Notes: generated from the letters alone by a model not told the origin. Shown: positions 1 to 8,746, counted from the first letter of the stretch. The stretch: DNA of 63,832 bases from Candidatus Omnitrophota bacterium (GCA_015231405.1 JADGBR010000017.1:1651-65482), one strand, 5' to 3'. Made by a program: numbers and translations.

Positions 1-723
1 TAATCATGGCGAGCTGGAAACCCGCGAGCGAACTCGTACCAGGTATCCCGAAAACAGCGTAATTTTTGATATAGACGGCCGCCACCAGTAGAAACGGTAC
101 TGCCGCCGCAGCTAATACCCGTTTCCAGGCCGTCTTATCCCGGACCATGACAGCGCCGAGAGCGAATAGGAACCATACCAGATGGAACATACTCCCGGTC
201 AGTATAATGGCCGCGAGCAGAGAGAAAAACGCCGCGACGAAAAATATTTTCTTCGTCGACAGATACTTATACAGGGCTAGCGCGGCGAGGCACAGTAAAA
301 GGGTTATCGGGTACGTGTAGAAAAGCGTCTTCTCATAAGCGGCGCATGAGGGGCTTATTGAAAATATCCCGGCAAGAACCGCGGACAAAGGTTTTGGAAC
401 GCTCATCGCCCTCATCAAAAAGTACAGGGATAAGAGCATGGCCAGACCCATCACCCAGTAAGCAAGGCCGAAAAACGCTCCGTAATGCTCCGGTAATGCT
501 TTAAGTACCGTTCCGAGCATCAGATTGAATAAAGGCGGCTGGTAGTGGAAATAGAACACGCTCCGGAGGAGATCATGCTTAAGGAGATCCGCGTCGATAT
601 ATTGTATGTAATACATCACACTATCCGAAAAGAACCTTATGCCGGACGCGAAGAACATGAGCCTTGAAACAAAGAACGCCATGACCAGCGCCAGCGCGAA
701 ATGTATATCTCTCCACTCTTTCA
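1..723 (-). CDS. Multi-pass integral membrane protein, C-terminally truncated by the left window edge; possibly a GT-C (ArnT/PMT-like) glycosyltransferase
   Basis: Absent from the ORF track because there is no stop in the window. The reverse complement from ATG 723-721 reads MKEWRDIHFALALVMAFFVSRLMFFASGIRFFSDSVMYYIQYIDADLLKHDLLRSVFYFHYQPPLFNLMLG... with no stop down to nt 1. It has several long hydrophobic segments. The 'HYQPPLFNL' loop resembles GT39/GT83 family loops. Confidence 0.6.
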
Positions 724-898
724 TAATATCCCCCGAATTGGTTTAATTTGAGTATACTTAAGAAGGTGCCTGAAGTAAAGGGAGAGAACAGCGTCTTTGG
801 GGATCACTTATAAGTTGAGAAAAAGCGTTTTGGGCCTGATAAGCAAGCCAATAGGACTCAGCTGAAATTTTTGACGATTTTTAGTTTTTTTATGCGGA

Positions 899-925
899 GG
901 GGTGTCCCTTTTGGGACTGTCCCCC
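899..925 (-). repeat. REP copy (RAYT-associated family), inverted orientation
   Basis: GGGGTGTCCCTTTTGGGACTGTCCCCC is the exact 27-nt reverse complement of 22516..22542. The core hairpin is GTCCC-AAAA-GGGAC. It abuts the -35 box of the amtB promoter. Confidence 0.85.
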
Positions 926-954
926 TTGACCAAAGGCTTGAAAAACTGTATAAT
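926..954 (+). promoter_or_regulatory. Sigma-70-like promoter for amtB-glnK
   Basis: TTGACC (926-931), a 17-nt spacer, then TATAAT (949-954), about 135 nt upstream of the amtB ATG. Confidence 0.5.
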
Positions 955-962
955 TTCGGGAA

Positions 963-994
963 TACACTGACGTATAGGGTTGTACACTGACGTA
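963..994 (+). promoter_or_regulatory. Operator-like direct repeat just downstream of the -10 box
   Basis: TACACTGACGTA occurs at 963-974 and again at 983-994. The repeats are exact 12-mers whose starts are 20 bp (two helical turns) apart, overlapping the predicted transcription start. Confidence 0.4.
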
Positions 995-1010
995 GATCGA
1001 GTTTGAACAT

Positions 1011-1070
1011 AGAGGCGTTCAATTTACATGAAGCCAAGTGGCTTTTGTAGTTGGGCGCCTCTTTTTTTTT
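1011..1070 (+). terminator. Terminator-like leader hairpin plus T9 run in the amtB 5' leader (possible attenuator)
   Basis: AGAGGCG (1011-1017) pairs with CGCCTCT (1056-1062). An inner hairpin AAGCCA/TGGCTT lies at 1031-1044. A run of nine T (1062-1070) follows, then RBS AAGGAGG (1076-1082) and ATG at 1088. Confidence 0.3.
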
Positions 1071-1087
1071 AACGCAAGGAGGCGGAA

Positions 1088-2323
1088 ATGAACGAATCGG
1101 CTTTGGCTATAAGTCTCGACAAAATGGTGTCGAGCGGGAACGTGCTGTTCCTTTTACTGGGAGCGATGTTCGTGTTCTCGATGCACGCGGGGTTCGCGTT
1201 CCTCGAAGTGGGGTCGGTCAGGAAGAAAAGCCAGGTGAACGCGATGGTGAAGATACTCACCGACTGGGGTTTTTCGACGATAGCGTATTTTCTAATTGGT
1301 TTTCCTATCGCCTACGGCATATCTTTCCTTAAACCCGCGGCCGAGCTCATCGGCCCGGACAAAGGGTTCGACCTGATCCATTTCTTTTTCCTCCTCACTT
1401 TCGCGGCATGTATACCCGCCATCATTTCAGGCGGCATAGCTGAAAGAGCTCGTTTCTGGACCCAGGCGCTCGCGGGCGGGATACTTGTCGCTTTCGCTTA
1501 TCCATTCTTCGAGGCGCTTGTTTGGGGGCGGATACCGCTTTTGGGGCAAGCGGGCTCATGGCTCGCTTCCCAGACCGGCGGGGTCCCTTTTCACGATTAC
1601 GCAGGATCTATTGTCGTCCACTCGATGGGAGGTTGGATGGCGCTCCCGGCCATCATCATCCTCGGGCCCCGGTTAAAAAGATATTCTAACGGCCGAAGCC
1701 AGCCTATTAAGGTCAGCAATATCCCATTCCTCGGGCTCGGAAGCTGGCTCTTATGCGTGGGGTGGTTCGGGTTTAACGTCATGAGCGCCGGCAAACTCGC
1801 GGATATCTCGGCCCTCGTAGCTGTCAACTCGCTTATGGCGATGGTCGGCGGAACTATCGCCGCTTTGGTCGTTTCCAAGAACGACGTGACTTTTATTCAT
1901 AACGGCGCCCTCGCCGGACTTATCGCGGTCTGCTCGGGTTCCGACGTAATGCATCCGATGGGGGCCCTCGTAACCGGCGGCATTGCCGCGTTCCTTTTCG
2001 TGAAACTGTTCCACATAGAGACTGAAATAATGAAAATAGACGACGTCCTCGGCGTATGGCCTCTTCACGGCGTCGCGGGCACATGGGGCGGACTCGCATG
2101 CGGCATTTTCGGGCAAAGGCTCCTGGGCGGCACGGGCGGAGTAAGCCTCAGAGCGCAGATAATAGGCTCTTTAGCGGCGCTTTGTTTCGCGCTTCTCTCG
2201 TCGGCAGCGCTTTATTCGGCGTTCAAAAAGCTGTTCGGAATAAGGCTAACGGCGCATGAAGAGATAATGGGGCCGGATCTGTCGATACATCATATTGAGG
2301 CGTATCCGGAGGAGGCGTTGTGA
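1088..2323 (+). CDS. amtB: Ammonium transporter (Amt family)
   Basis: 411 aa, multi-TM. Amt signatures: FAFLEVGSVRKKSQVN, HDYAGSIVVHSMGGWMALPAIIILGPR, GVWPLHGVAGTWGGLACGIF. Good RBS. A P-II gene follows. Confidence 0.93.
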   Translation: MNESALAISLDKMVSSGNVLFLLLGAMFVFSMHAGFAFLEVGSVRKKSQVNAMVKILTDWGFSTIAYFLIGFPIAYGISFLKPAAELIGPDKGFDLIHFFFLLTFAACIPAIISGGIAERARFWTQALAGGILVAFAYPFFEALVWGRIPLLGQAGSWLASQTGGVPFHDYAGSIVVHSMGGWMALPAIIILGPRLKRYSNGRSQPIKVSNIPFLGLGSWLLCVGWFGFNVMSAGKLADISALVAVNSLMAMVGGTIAALVVSKNDVTFIHNGALAGLIAVCSGSDVMHPMGALVTGGIAAFLFVKLFHIETEIMKIDDVLGVWPLHGVAGTWGGLACGIFGQRLLGGTGGVSLRAQIIGSLAALCFALLSSAALYSAFKKLFGIRLTAHEEIMGPDLSIHHIEAYPEEAL

Positions 2324-2354
2324 TGAATTCCCCGTCAATGCGAGGAGCAAGAGA

Positions 2355-2452
2355 CGTCATCATTGCGAGGAGTCTCGCCACCGAAGGTGGCGGAACGACG
2401 AAGCAATCTCTATAGGGATTGCTTCGGGCGCTGATGCGCCCTCGCAATGACG
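2355..2452. repeat. Nested-palindrome interspersed repeat (GTCATTGCGAG family), copy 1
   Basis: Outer inverted repeat CGTCATCATTGCGAGG ... CCTCGCAATGACG. Inner palindrome GAAGCAATCTCTATAGGGATTGCTTC. It sits in the intergenic spacer between amtB and glnK. Confidence 0.85.
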
Positions 2453-2502
2453 AACTTCCGCGAAATGTATTTACATAAAATAAAGTATACCAGGAGGAGC
2501 TA

Positions 2503-2844
2503 ATGAAAAAAATTGAGGCGATCATACAGCCGGAGAGGCTGGACGCGGTTAAGGAAGAACTGTACAAGGCAGACGTGTTCAAGATGACGGTGAGCCGTGT
2601 TAAGGGTTGCGGCCAGCAAAAGGGGTACACGGAAACTTACAGGGGCGCCATTTTCAAGGTCATACTTCTGTCGAAGATAAAGCTCGAGATAGCCGTGAAC
2701 GACAATTTCGTTAAACCCACCGTCGACGCCATCATTAGAGGCGCGCGTACGGGCGAGATAGGCGACGGCAAGATCTTCATAACGGATCTGCCGGAGTGTA
2801 TTCGGATAAGGACCGGGGAGACGGGGCCGCAGGCGATCGGGTAA
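2503..2844 (+). CDS. glnK: Nitrogen regulatory protein P-II
   Basis: 113 aa. [20 protein letters not shown]..., a T-loop region [13 protein letters not shown], and C-terminal GDGKIFI. It is linked to amtB. Confidence 0.93.
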   Translation: MKKIEAIIQPERLDAVKEELYKADVFKMTVSRVKGCGQQKGYTETYRGAIFKVILLSKIKLEIAVNDNFVKPTVDAIIRGARTGEIGDGKIFITDLPECIRIRTGETGPQAIG

Positions 2845-2875
2845 CTACCGTGATTCGTGGGTCGAAAAGGGGGGA

Positions 2876-3208
2876 TTAGAACTCCTGAGCGATCTTTTCC
2901 TTAAGCGCTGGCAGTTCGTTGGTAATTATGTCCCAGAGGATCTTATTGTTTACCCCGAAGTATTCATGGATTATGACATTGCGAAAATCTGTCATGTCCC
3001 TCCAGGGTATTTCGGGGCATTTTGATCTGATCTCTTCCGGAAGCTGATTGGCGGCTTCTCAGAGTATCTCGAAATTCCTAATAACGGCGTCCCTTGTTTT
3101 CTTGTCGCTGATAAAGGCATTGAACGAAATACCGCGAGTATATTCGAAGATACTGGCGATAGCCTCTTTTATCTCATCCAAGTAAAGCTCGTGATTTCTT
3201 TTGCTCAT
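2876..3208 (-). pseudogene. HEPN (DUF86/HepT-like) toxin gene interrupted by a single in-frame TGA
   Basis: The minus-strand frame from ATG 3208 reads MSKRNHELYLDEIKEAIASIFEYTRGISFNAFISDKKTRDAVIRNFEIL*EAANQLPEEIRSKCPEIPWRDMTDFRNVIIHEYFGVNNKILWDIITNELPALKEKIAQEF*. The stop (TGA, 3061-3059) replaces the Gly of the conserved 'E-I-[IL]-G-E-A' motif. The Rx4-6H motif (RNVIIH) is intact. The start overlaps the MNT stop (ATGA). Confidence 0.8.
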
Positions 3209-3492
3209 ATAAGATCTTCCGCTTCCTCGAAAATGGAGGCTTTCATCTTTTCTTTCAGCGAATCTTTGCAGACAAGGTCGACTTTGTGCTCGAATAAGGC
3301 TTCATACGCGCGCAAGGAGCCTATATAGTTGCGAAAGGTCGGTTCCGTGAATTCTACGAGAAGATCTATATCGCTTTCTTCGTTCGCGTCTTCCCTGACG
3401 AATGACCCGAATAAAGCGAGCGATTTGATCTTATATTTTTTTGCGATCTCAATATTTTTCAATATTTTCTTCTTTATCTCATCTTTCCCCAT
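3205..3492 (-). CDS. Nucleotidyltransferase-domain antitoxin (MNT/MntA-like)
   Basis: 95 aa. It has the GS-x9-SDIDLLV minimal nucleotidyltransferase motif (LFGSFVREDANEESDIDLLVEF) and a 4-bp overlap with the downstream HEPN frame. Confidence 0.85.
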   Translation of the reverse strand: MGKDEIKKKILKNIEIAKKYKIKSLALFGSFVREDANEESDIDLLVEFTEPTFRNYIGSLRAYEALFEHKVDLVCKDSLKEKMKASIFEEAEDLI

Positions 3493-3580
3493 AGCAGCTC
3501 CCCTGTTGCCCCGAACACTTCATATTATACAAGGGTTTTCCTATTTGACAATCGCCCCCGAAAAAATAATAACCGAAAGG

Positions 3581-3629
3581 TCCATGGTCTATGGTCTATG
3601 GTCCCTAGTCAATGGTCCAGGGTCTATGG
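3581..3629 (+). repeat. Heptamer tandem array (TCYATGG)x7
   Basis: TCCATGG TCTATGG TCTATGG TCCCTAG TCAATGG TCCAGGG TCTATGG. It overlaps the annotated 3' end of the response-regulator ORF. Confidence 0.85.
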
Positions 3630-4008
3630 TCTTCCCGATCCACTTACGTAACATCTGGACCAGCTGTTCCTGGCGAAAGGGTTTCATCATGTAGTCGTTC
3701 ATGCCGGCTTTGAGACATTTTCCCTCGACCCAGTCCATCACATGGGCCGTCAAGGCGACGATAGGGACTTCCTTATTGATCTCCCGAATGGCAATCGCCG
3801 CTTCATACCCGTTCATGACAGGCATACGGACGTCCATCAAAACAAGATCTATCCCGCCATGTTTAACCTTCTCAACGGCTTCCTTCCCGTTCACCGCAGT
3901 ATCGAACGCCCCGCCCATCTTCTTCAGTATCACCTCAAGAAGAAGCCTGCTGTCAGGGTGATCGTCCACGATAAGTATTTTTTTATTGGCGAGTAACTCT
4001 TCGTTCAT
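3589..4008 (-). CDS. Single-domain response regulator (CheY-like receiver)
   Basis: ILIVDDHPDSR..., DLVLMDVRMPVMNG..., ALTAH..., KPF. The track start (TTG 4029) is unlikely; ATG 4008 is preceded by AAGGAGG. The last ~14 aa (GKTIDPGPLTRDHRP) are encoded by the heptamer array. Confidence 0.85.
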   Translation of the reverse strand: MNEELLANKKILIVDDHPDSRLLLEVILKKMGGAFDTAVNGKEAVEKVKHGGIDLVLMDVRMPVMNGYEAAIAIREINKEVPIVALTAHVMDWVEGKCLKAGMNDYMMKPFRQEQLVQMLRKWIGKTIDPGPLTRDHRP

Positions 4009-4024
4009 TGCCCCCTCCTTGAGC

Positions 4025-4103
4025 GGCAAAGCGCAGAGCGCATGGCGTATTTGTATTCCGTTATAGACATTTCTCCTTTACGCTATGCGCTCTGCGCCAT
4101 GCC
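4025..4103. repeat. 25-bp inverted repeat (long hairpin) between the kinase and response-regulator genes
   Basis: GGCAAAGCGCAGAGCGCATGGCGTA (4025-4049) against TACGCTATGCGCTCTGCGCCATGCC (4079-4103). 23 of 25 positions are complementary, with a 29-nt loop. Confidence 0.8.
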
Positions 4104-4118
4104 CCATGCCAAATCAGC

Positions 4119-7100
4119 CTACGCTATATCCAGATCCAGCGTTACCACGAACTCACTGCCGACCCCGACCTCAGATTTAACGCTTATCTCTCCGCGCATC
4201 ATATCGATGAGCGTTCTGGTTATATAAAGCCCCAGACCCTCTCCTTTTCTGGCTTTCCCGCCATCAAATTCATGGAACCGCGTGAAAGCGTCGTATATCC
4301 TGGGTAATTTCTCGGCGGGTATGCCCAGCCCCGTATCCCTGACAGATATCTTCACCCTGCATTTGCCCGTGGGCTCTTTTTCGCGGTCCCGGCTCAGGTT
4401 CACGGTTATTTCCCCCTTATCGGTATATTTAACCGCGTTACCCAGGATATTCGCGAGGATCTGGCTTATCCTCGGTGAGTCTCCCTTAAGAAGCGGGATA
4501 CCGTCATCTACCGAACAGGATACCGCGACCTCTTTACCCCCCAATTCCAGTTTAGCGTTCGCGACAGCCTCAGCCACGGACTTATTCATATCGAATCCGA
4601 CTTGCCTGAGCTCGGCCTTGCCGGACTCAAGCCTTGAAACGTCCAGAAGCTCCTCTACAAGCCCGATAAGTCCGCCGGCGGTCCTATCGATTATCCTGGC
4701 CCATTCCATCTCTTCCCCGGAAAGCTCCCGGGAAAGGAGCTGCAGGCTGAATCCCTGGATGATGTGTACAGGCGTCCGGAAATCATGGGCGATATTCGTC
4801 AGGAACTCGCTTTTAGCTTTTGCCGCCGCTTCCGCGGCGTCCCTGGACCTTTCCAGCGCCTCTTCCGCGCGCATGCGCTCGAGCTCTCCGGCTGCCCGCA
4901 CGGCGACCAGTTTCAATATCATCTCGGAGACGCGCTTATTCCCCATGGGCTTTTTTCCGATAACGGCTATAAGGCCTATCGGTTTACCTTCAAAACCATA
5001 CAATGTGGTGCCTATATAACTTTCGGCCTCGAGCTCGCGGAGCGCCGCGTCGTTCGGGAATAAACGGCACACATCCCTCTCGAAACAGCATATATCCTTC
5101 CCGACCACGTCGCCGCAAGGGGTATCCTTGAGTGTGTATTCCACATTATCCTCGAACTTGCCGTTATGGTAAACGGCCAGCGTCCGCGCGTTAAGCCCGT
5201 CGCCTTCCAGCTGGTCGATACAGATATAGTCCATCCCCAGCGTCCGCGCGAGGTACTGGGCCAGGAGCTGGAAAAAATCCTCATGCGGGGAGGTGTAGCC
5301 GCATACCGAAAGGAATGCTTGCGCGTCCTCCATGATCTTACGCTCGGTGATATCCGTATGGACCGAGATACACACCTTCCCGTATTCAGGGTGGTCGAAG
5401 ACCGCAACGTTCGCGTAACACCAGAACGGAGTGCCGTCCTTCCTGATATTCCTGACCTCACCGTGCCATTCACTTTTCTTGTCCAGCGCATCGACGATCC
5501 CGTCCCTCTTCTCTCCGGGCGTTTTATGGTCCGGCTCGTTAAGGACGGAAACTTCCCTGCCGTTCAATTCCCCGGGTCCATAGCCGAACATTTTTTCAAA
5601 ATTCGGGTTCGCGTAAAAGATCACCCTGTCCGCTAACCTGTAAAGATAAATGCCTTCATTTAGGTTCTTCGTTATCTCGGCCTGGAAGCGCATCGCTTCC
5701 TCGGCGCGTTTGCTTTCGGTAATGTCTTTATCCACGCCCCGATAGCCTTTGAGCGCCCCATCCTTATCGAGTATGGGCACACCGTTCGTAAGAATACATA
5801 CCTTTTCGCCGTTCTTATGTATATTCCAATTCTCTATGTCGATTATGGGTTCCTTCCTGGACGTTATCCCGGAAAATATCTCCCCAACCCTCTTCGCTTC
5901 GCCCGGCTCCATAAAATCTAACGGCGTTTTGCCCAGGACCTCTTCGCTGGATCTTCCCAAAAGGTCCGCATCCTTATGAGAGCTAAAGGTGTACACTCCG
6001 TTCCGGTCAACTTCCCACACCCAATCGGCCATGCTGAACGTTATATCCCTGAACCGCTTTTCGCTCTCTTTCAGCTCTTCTTCCGCGATCTTGCGTTCCG
6101 TTATGTCCTCAAAAACCGCCGCGAAACGGAGTTTCGCGACCCGGTACGCGCTGATATTGAAATACCGGTTCGACGGTTCGACGAACATCTCGAACGAGAT
6201 CGGCTCGCCGGTGAGCGCGACCTTCCCGTATTTTTCTATTAGACCGGTTCTCTCAATGCCAGGGTGGGTCTCTGTAACGCGTTTACCTATGATATCCGCG
6301 GCACGCGTTCCGGTATGTTTGTCAAAACCGGGATTGGCCTGAAGAAAGACATAGTCTACGGGACGCCCTTTGTCGTCAAGAATGATCTCGTGGATAGCCA
6401 CCGCGTTCAAGGCATTATCGAACAGGCTCCTGAACCGTTCTTCGCTTTCCTTAATGGCCTCCTCCGACCTCTTCCTCTCGGTGATATCCAGACATATGCC
6501 TGTCATGCGGACAGGCCGTCGTTCAGCGTCATAGACAACGGACCCCAGGGCGTTTATCCAGCGTGTCTCCCCGGAAGAGAGGATCACCCGATATTCGTTC
6601 TCGAGAGGTTTCCCTGTCTTAACCGCTTCCTCGATGCGATATTCGGCTCCCTTCAGGTCTTCCGGATGCACCACTTGCCGCCAACTCTCGAAACTCGCTG
6701 TTGTCTCGTCAGGGACCCTCCCGAACATCCTGTATAGTTCATTCGACCATTTAAGTTCCCCGCTGGAAAACTCCCAATCCCACATCCCCGCTCCGGCCGC
6801 GCGCTGGGTCAGTTCCAGCCGGAATTGGCTTTCCCGAAGAGCATCATCCGCGCGTTTACGGGCAGTGATGTCGCGCACGAATTCTATTCCAGCGATAACG
6901 GTGCCGTCGGCGTCCCTGAGAGGAGACGCTATGTTCTCATAATAGCGCGTCTCTCCTCCGACGGTAACAACCCTTTCAGAATGATGGACTTTGCCGTCCT
7001 CGAACGCCATCTGAACAGGACATCCTTCACAGCGGCTTTCCTTGGACTCATAGACCCGGTAACAATGTTCGCCCACGTGCCTGCCGAAAGTTTTTTCCAG

Positions 7101-8606
7101 GATCTCGTTCTGGTAGACTATCCTGAACTCCCTGTCGTGTATGCTTATCCCGTCTCTGATCGCCGCGATGATAGTCTCGGTCTTGACCCTCGCTTCTACA
7201 GCTTCCCGTAAAGCCACCCGGAGCTCTTCATCCGAACGCATACGCGCTGTGATGTCAATATTCATTCCTACATACCCGATAATATTCCCATCGGATCCGA
7301 TCTGAGGCGCGGCCAGACCGTAAACCCAGGTCGTTCTCCCTTCTTTATCCATAAACCTGTATTCCCTGCCCCAATGTCCGCGGGATGATACCATCCTGTC
7401 CCAGCTTTCAAGGACCATAGCACGGTCTTCGGGATGGATACCGTTCACCCATCCATTTCCAAGCGCTTCTTCGATCGTAAGCCCGGCCATCTCGATCCAG
7501 CGTTCATTGACATAATGGCACTCCCCATTAGGCGCGGTCAAGTAGATACCGGCCGGAGCCAGCTGCGCAATGAGGCGGAACTTCTCCTCGCTCACCCTGG
7601 TCTTCTCTTCCCCGCGTTTAAGCTCGGTGATGTCCCGGACTACCGACACCGCCCCGATGATATCCCCCGAGGCGTCATGGACGGGGGCCGAGCTCACGAG
7701 ACGGTGCCTGAGTTCTCCGGTAGCGGGTGTCCGGACTATCTCCTCTTCGCAGTATATAACCTCTCCGGAGAGGGCGCGTAGCGGCTGGGCTTCTTCAGGC
7801 GGCCTGAGGCTCATGTCGGGACGGAACACTTCCACGCTCCCGGCCAGATTTTTCATTTCTATATCTATCCCGTTAGATGTGTCGACCCCGAACCTGGCAC
7901 GCGCCACGGGATTAGCCAGGATGAATTTCTTATTCATATCGGTGAACCAGACCTCGTCGGGTATGCTGTTCACGAGGGACCTGAGCCTGTCTTTTTCGGA
8001 AATGACGTATCCGAACAGCCTTTTCGCCTCGTCCTCCGCGAGCTTCCGGTCTGTTATATTGACCATGACGGCGCGGCATACCGGAGCGCCATGGGTATCA
8101 ACGGCGCGCGTGGCGAAGAGCCGCACCCAGACATTATCTTTGCCGGCACGCGTCATCCGGAGTTCGCATACCTGGGGCTGGCCTGTTTTGAACAGTTCAT
8201 TGCGATGCAGATAATAAATGTCCTGATCTTCGGGGATGATGAACCCGGTGAAAGGGTGTTTGACGATATCCGCCCTCCCCGCGCATAACAATTCCGCGGC
8301 GACGAAATTGGCTTCGTTGACCAGCCCTTTTTCGCTTATGGTAACATACCCCACCGGAGCGAGATCGTACAGGTCGAAATAGTTCGCCCGCGCCGTTTCC
8401 AGCTCTTCTTGGGTCCGCCGGAGCTCTTCGTTCTGCATCTCGAGCTCGATCTGGTGAACCTTGAGCTCGTGGATAGCGTCCTTCATAGCCGCCGGCGTCA
8501 TCTTTTCCGGGGCTTCTTTATCCTTGTCTCCTTTCTTCCGAAGCTTCGCCTCCGCCTTCTCGCGAAGGAGCCGTTTCTTCTTGCGCGGGTCGATCTTGCC
8601 GGGCAT
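4119..8606 (-). CDS. Multi-PAS/GAF sensor histidine kinase
   Basis: 1495 aa. N-terminal coiled coil (HQIELEMQNEELRRTQEELE), many PAS/PAC-like units (recurring 'DITERK' boundaries), a GAF-like segment, HisKA (FLTNIAHDFRTPV) and HATPase_c (GLGLYITRTLIDMMRGEI). Confidence 0.9.
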   Translation of the reverse strand: MPGKIDPRKKKRLLREKAEAKLRKKGDKDKEAPEKMTPAAMKDAIHELKVHQIELEMQNEELRRTQEELETARANYFDLYDLAPVGYVTISEKGLVNEANFVAAELLCAGRADIVKHPFTGFIIPEDQDIYYLHRNELFKTGQPQVCELRMTRAGKDNVWVRLFATRAVDTHGAPVCRAVMVNITDRKLAEDEAKRLFGYVISEKDRLRSLVNSIPDEVWFTDMNKKFILANPVARARFGVDTSNGIDIEMKNLAGSVEVFRPDMSLRPPEEAQPLRALSGEVIYCEEEIVRTPATGELRHRLVSSAPVHDASGDIIGAVSVVRDITELKRGEEKTRVSEEKFRLIAQLAPAGIYLTAPNGECHYVNERWIEMAGLTIEEALGNGWVNGIHPEDRAMVLESWDRMVSSRGHWGREYRFMDKEGRTTWVYGLAAPQIGSDGNIIGYVGMNIDITARMRSDEELRVALREAVEARVKTETIIAAIRDGISIHDREFRIVYQNEILEKTFGRHVGEHCYRVYESKESRCEGCPVQMAFEDGKVHHSERVVTVGGETRYYENIASPLRDADGTVIAGIEFVRDITARKRADDALRESQFRLELTQRAAGAGMWDWEFSSGELKWSNELYRMFGRVPDETTASFESWRQVVHPEDLKGAEYRIEEAVKTGKPLENEYRVILSSGETRWINALGSVVYDAERRPVRMTGICLDITERKRSEEAIKESEERFRSLFDNALNAVAIHEIILDDKGRPVDYVFLQANPGFDKHTGTRAADIIGKRVTETHPGIERTGLIEKYGKVALTGEPISFEMFVEPSNRYFNISAYRVAKLRFAAVFEDITERKIAEEELKESEKRFRDITFSMADWVWEVDRNGVYTFSSHKDADLLGRSSEEVLGKTPLDFMEPGEAKRVGEIFSGITSRKEPIIDIENWNIHKNGEKVCILTNGVPILDKDGALKGYRGVDKDITESKRAEEAMRFQAEITKNLNEGIYLYRLADRVIFYANPNFEKMFGYGPGELNGREVSVLNEPDHKTPGEKRDGIVDALDKKSEWHGEVRNIRKDGTPFWCYANVAVFDHPEYGKVCISVHTDITERKIMEDAQAFLSVCGYTSPHEDFFQLLAQYLARTLGMDYICIDQLEGDGLNARTLAVYHNGKFEDNVEYTLKDTPCGDVVGKDICCFERDVCRLFPNDAALRELEAESYIGTTLYGFEGKPIGLIAVIGKKPMGNKRVSEMILKLVAVRAAGELERMRAEEALERSRDAAEAAAKAKSEFLTNIAHDFRTPVHIIQGFSLQLLSRELSGEEMEWARIIDRTAGGLIGLVEELLDVSRLESGKAELRQVGFDMNKSVAEAVANAKLELGGKEVAVSCSVDDGIPLLKGDSPRISQILANILGNAVKYTDKGEITVNLSRDREKEPTGKCRVKISVRDTGLGIPAEKLPRIYDAFTRFHEFDGGKARKGEGLGLYITRTLIDMMRGEISVKSEVGVGSEFVVTLDLDIA

Positions 8607-8624
8607 GGTTTCCTTTTATTAGTC

Positions 8625-8746
8625 CGTCATTGCGAGCCAATCTCTATAGGGATTGCTTCGTCGGCCTCTGGCCTCCTCGCAATGACGGTCGTCTCTCGCT
8701 TCTCACAATGACGGTCGTCTCTCGCTTCTCGCAAAGACGACGTCAC
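8625..8746. repeat. Nested-palindrome repeat (GTCATTGCGAG family), copy 2, with a 26-bp tandem duplication of its right end
   Basis: CGTCATTGCGAGCCAATCTCTATAGGGATTGCTTCG...CCTCGCAATGACG, then AATGACGGTCGTCTCTCGCTTCTC[A/G]C x2. It fills the whole spacer between two co-directional genes. Confidence 0.85.

Noticed and set aside
1011-1087. The amtB leader as a glutamine (glnA-type) riboswitch, because it contains CGUUCA and precedes an ammonium transporter.
   Set aside because: I cannot reproduce the rest of the conserved core or pseudoknot from the sequence by eye. Without a covariance-model score the call would be invented. It is reported only as a terminator-like leader.
1051-1332. TTG-started 93-aa ORF overlapping the start of amtB.
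   Set aside because: It is out of frame with the strongly supported amtB ORF, which has a canonical RBS and ATG at 1088. Its translation has no features.
3059-3061. In-frame TGA at a conserved Gly codon in the HEPN gene, taken as evidence for a UGA=Gly genetic code (code 25, as in Gracilibacteria/Absconditabacteria).
   Set aside because: Other genes end with TGA exactly where their families end: amtB at 2321-2323, followed by a second TGA, and the MNT gene at 3205-3207. The 4,401- and 2,072-codon ORFs contain no in-frame TGA at all. Standard code 11 with a single nonsense mutation is the simpler reading.
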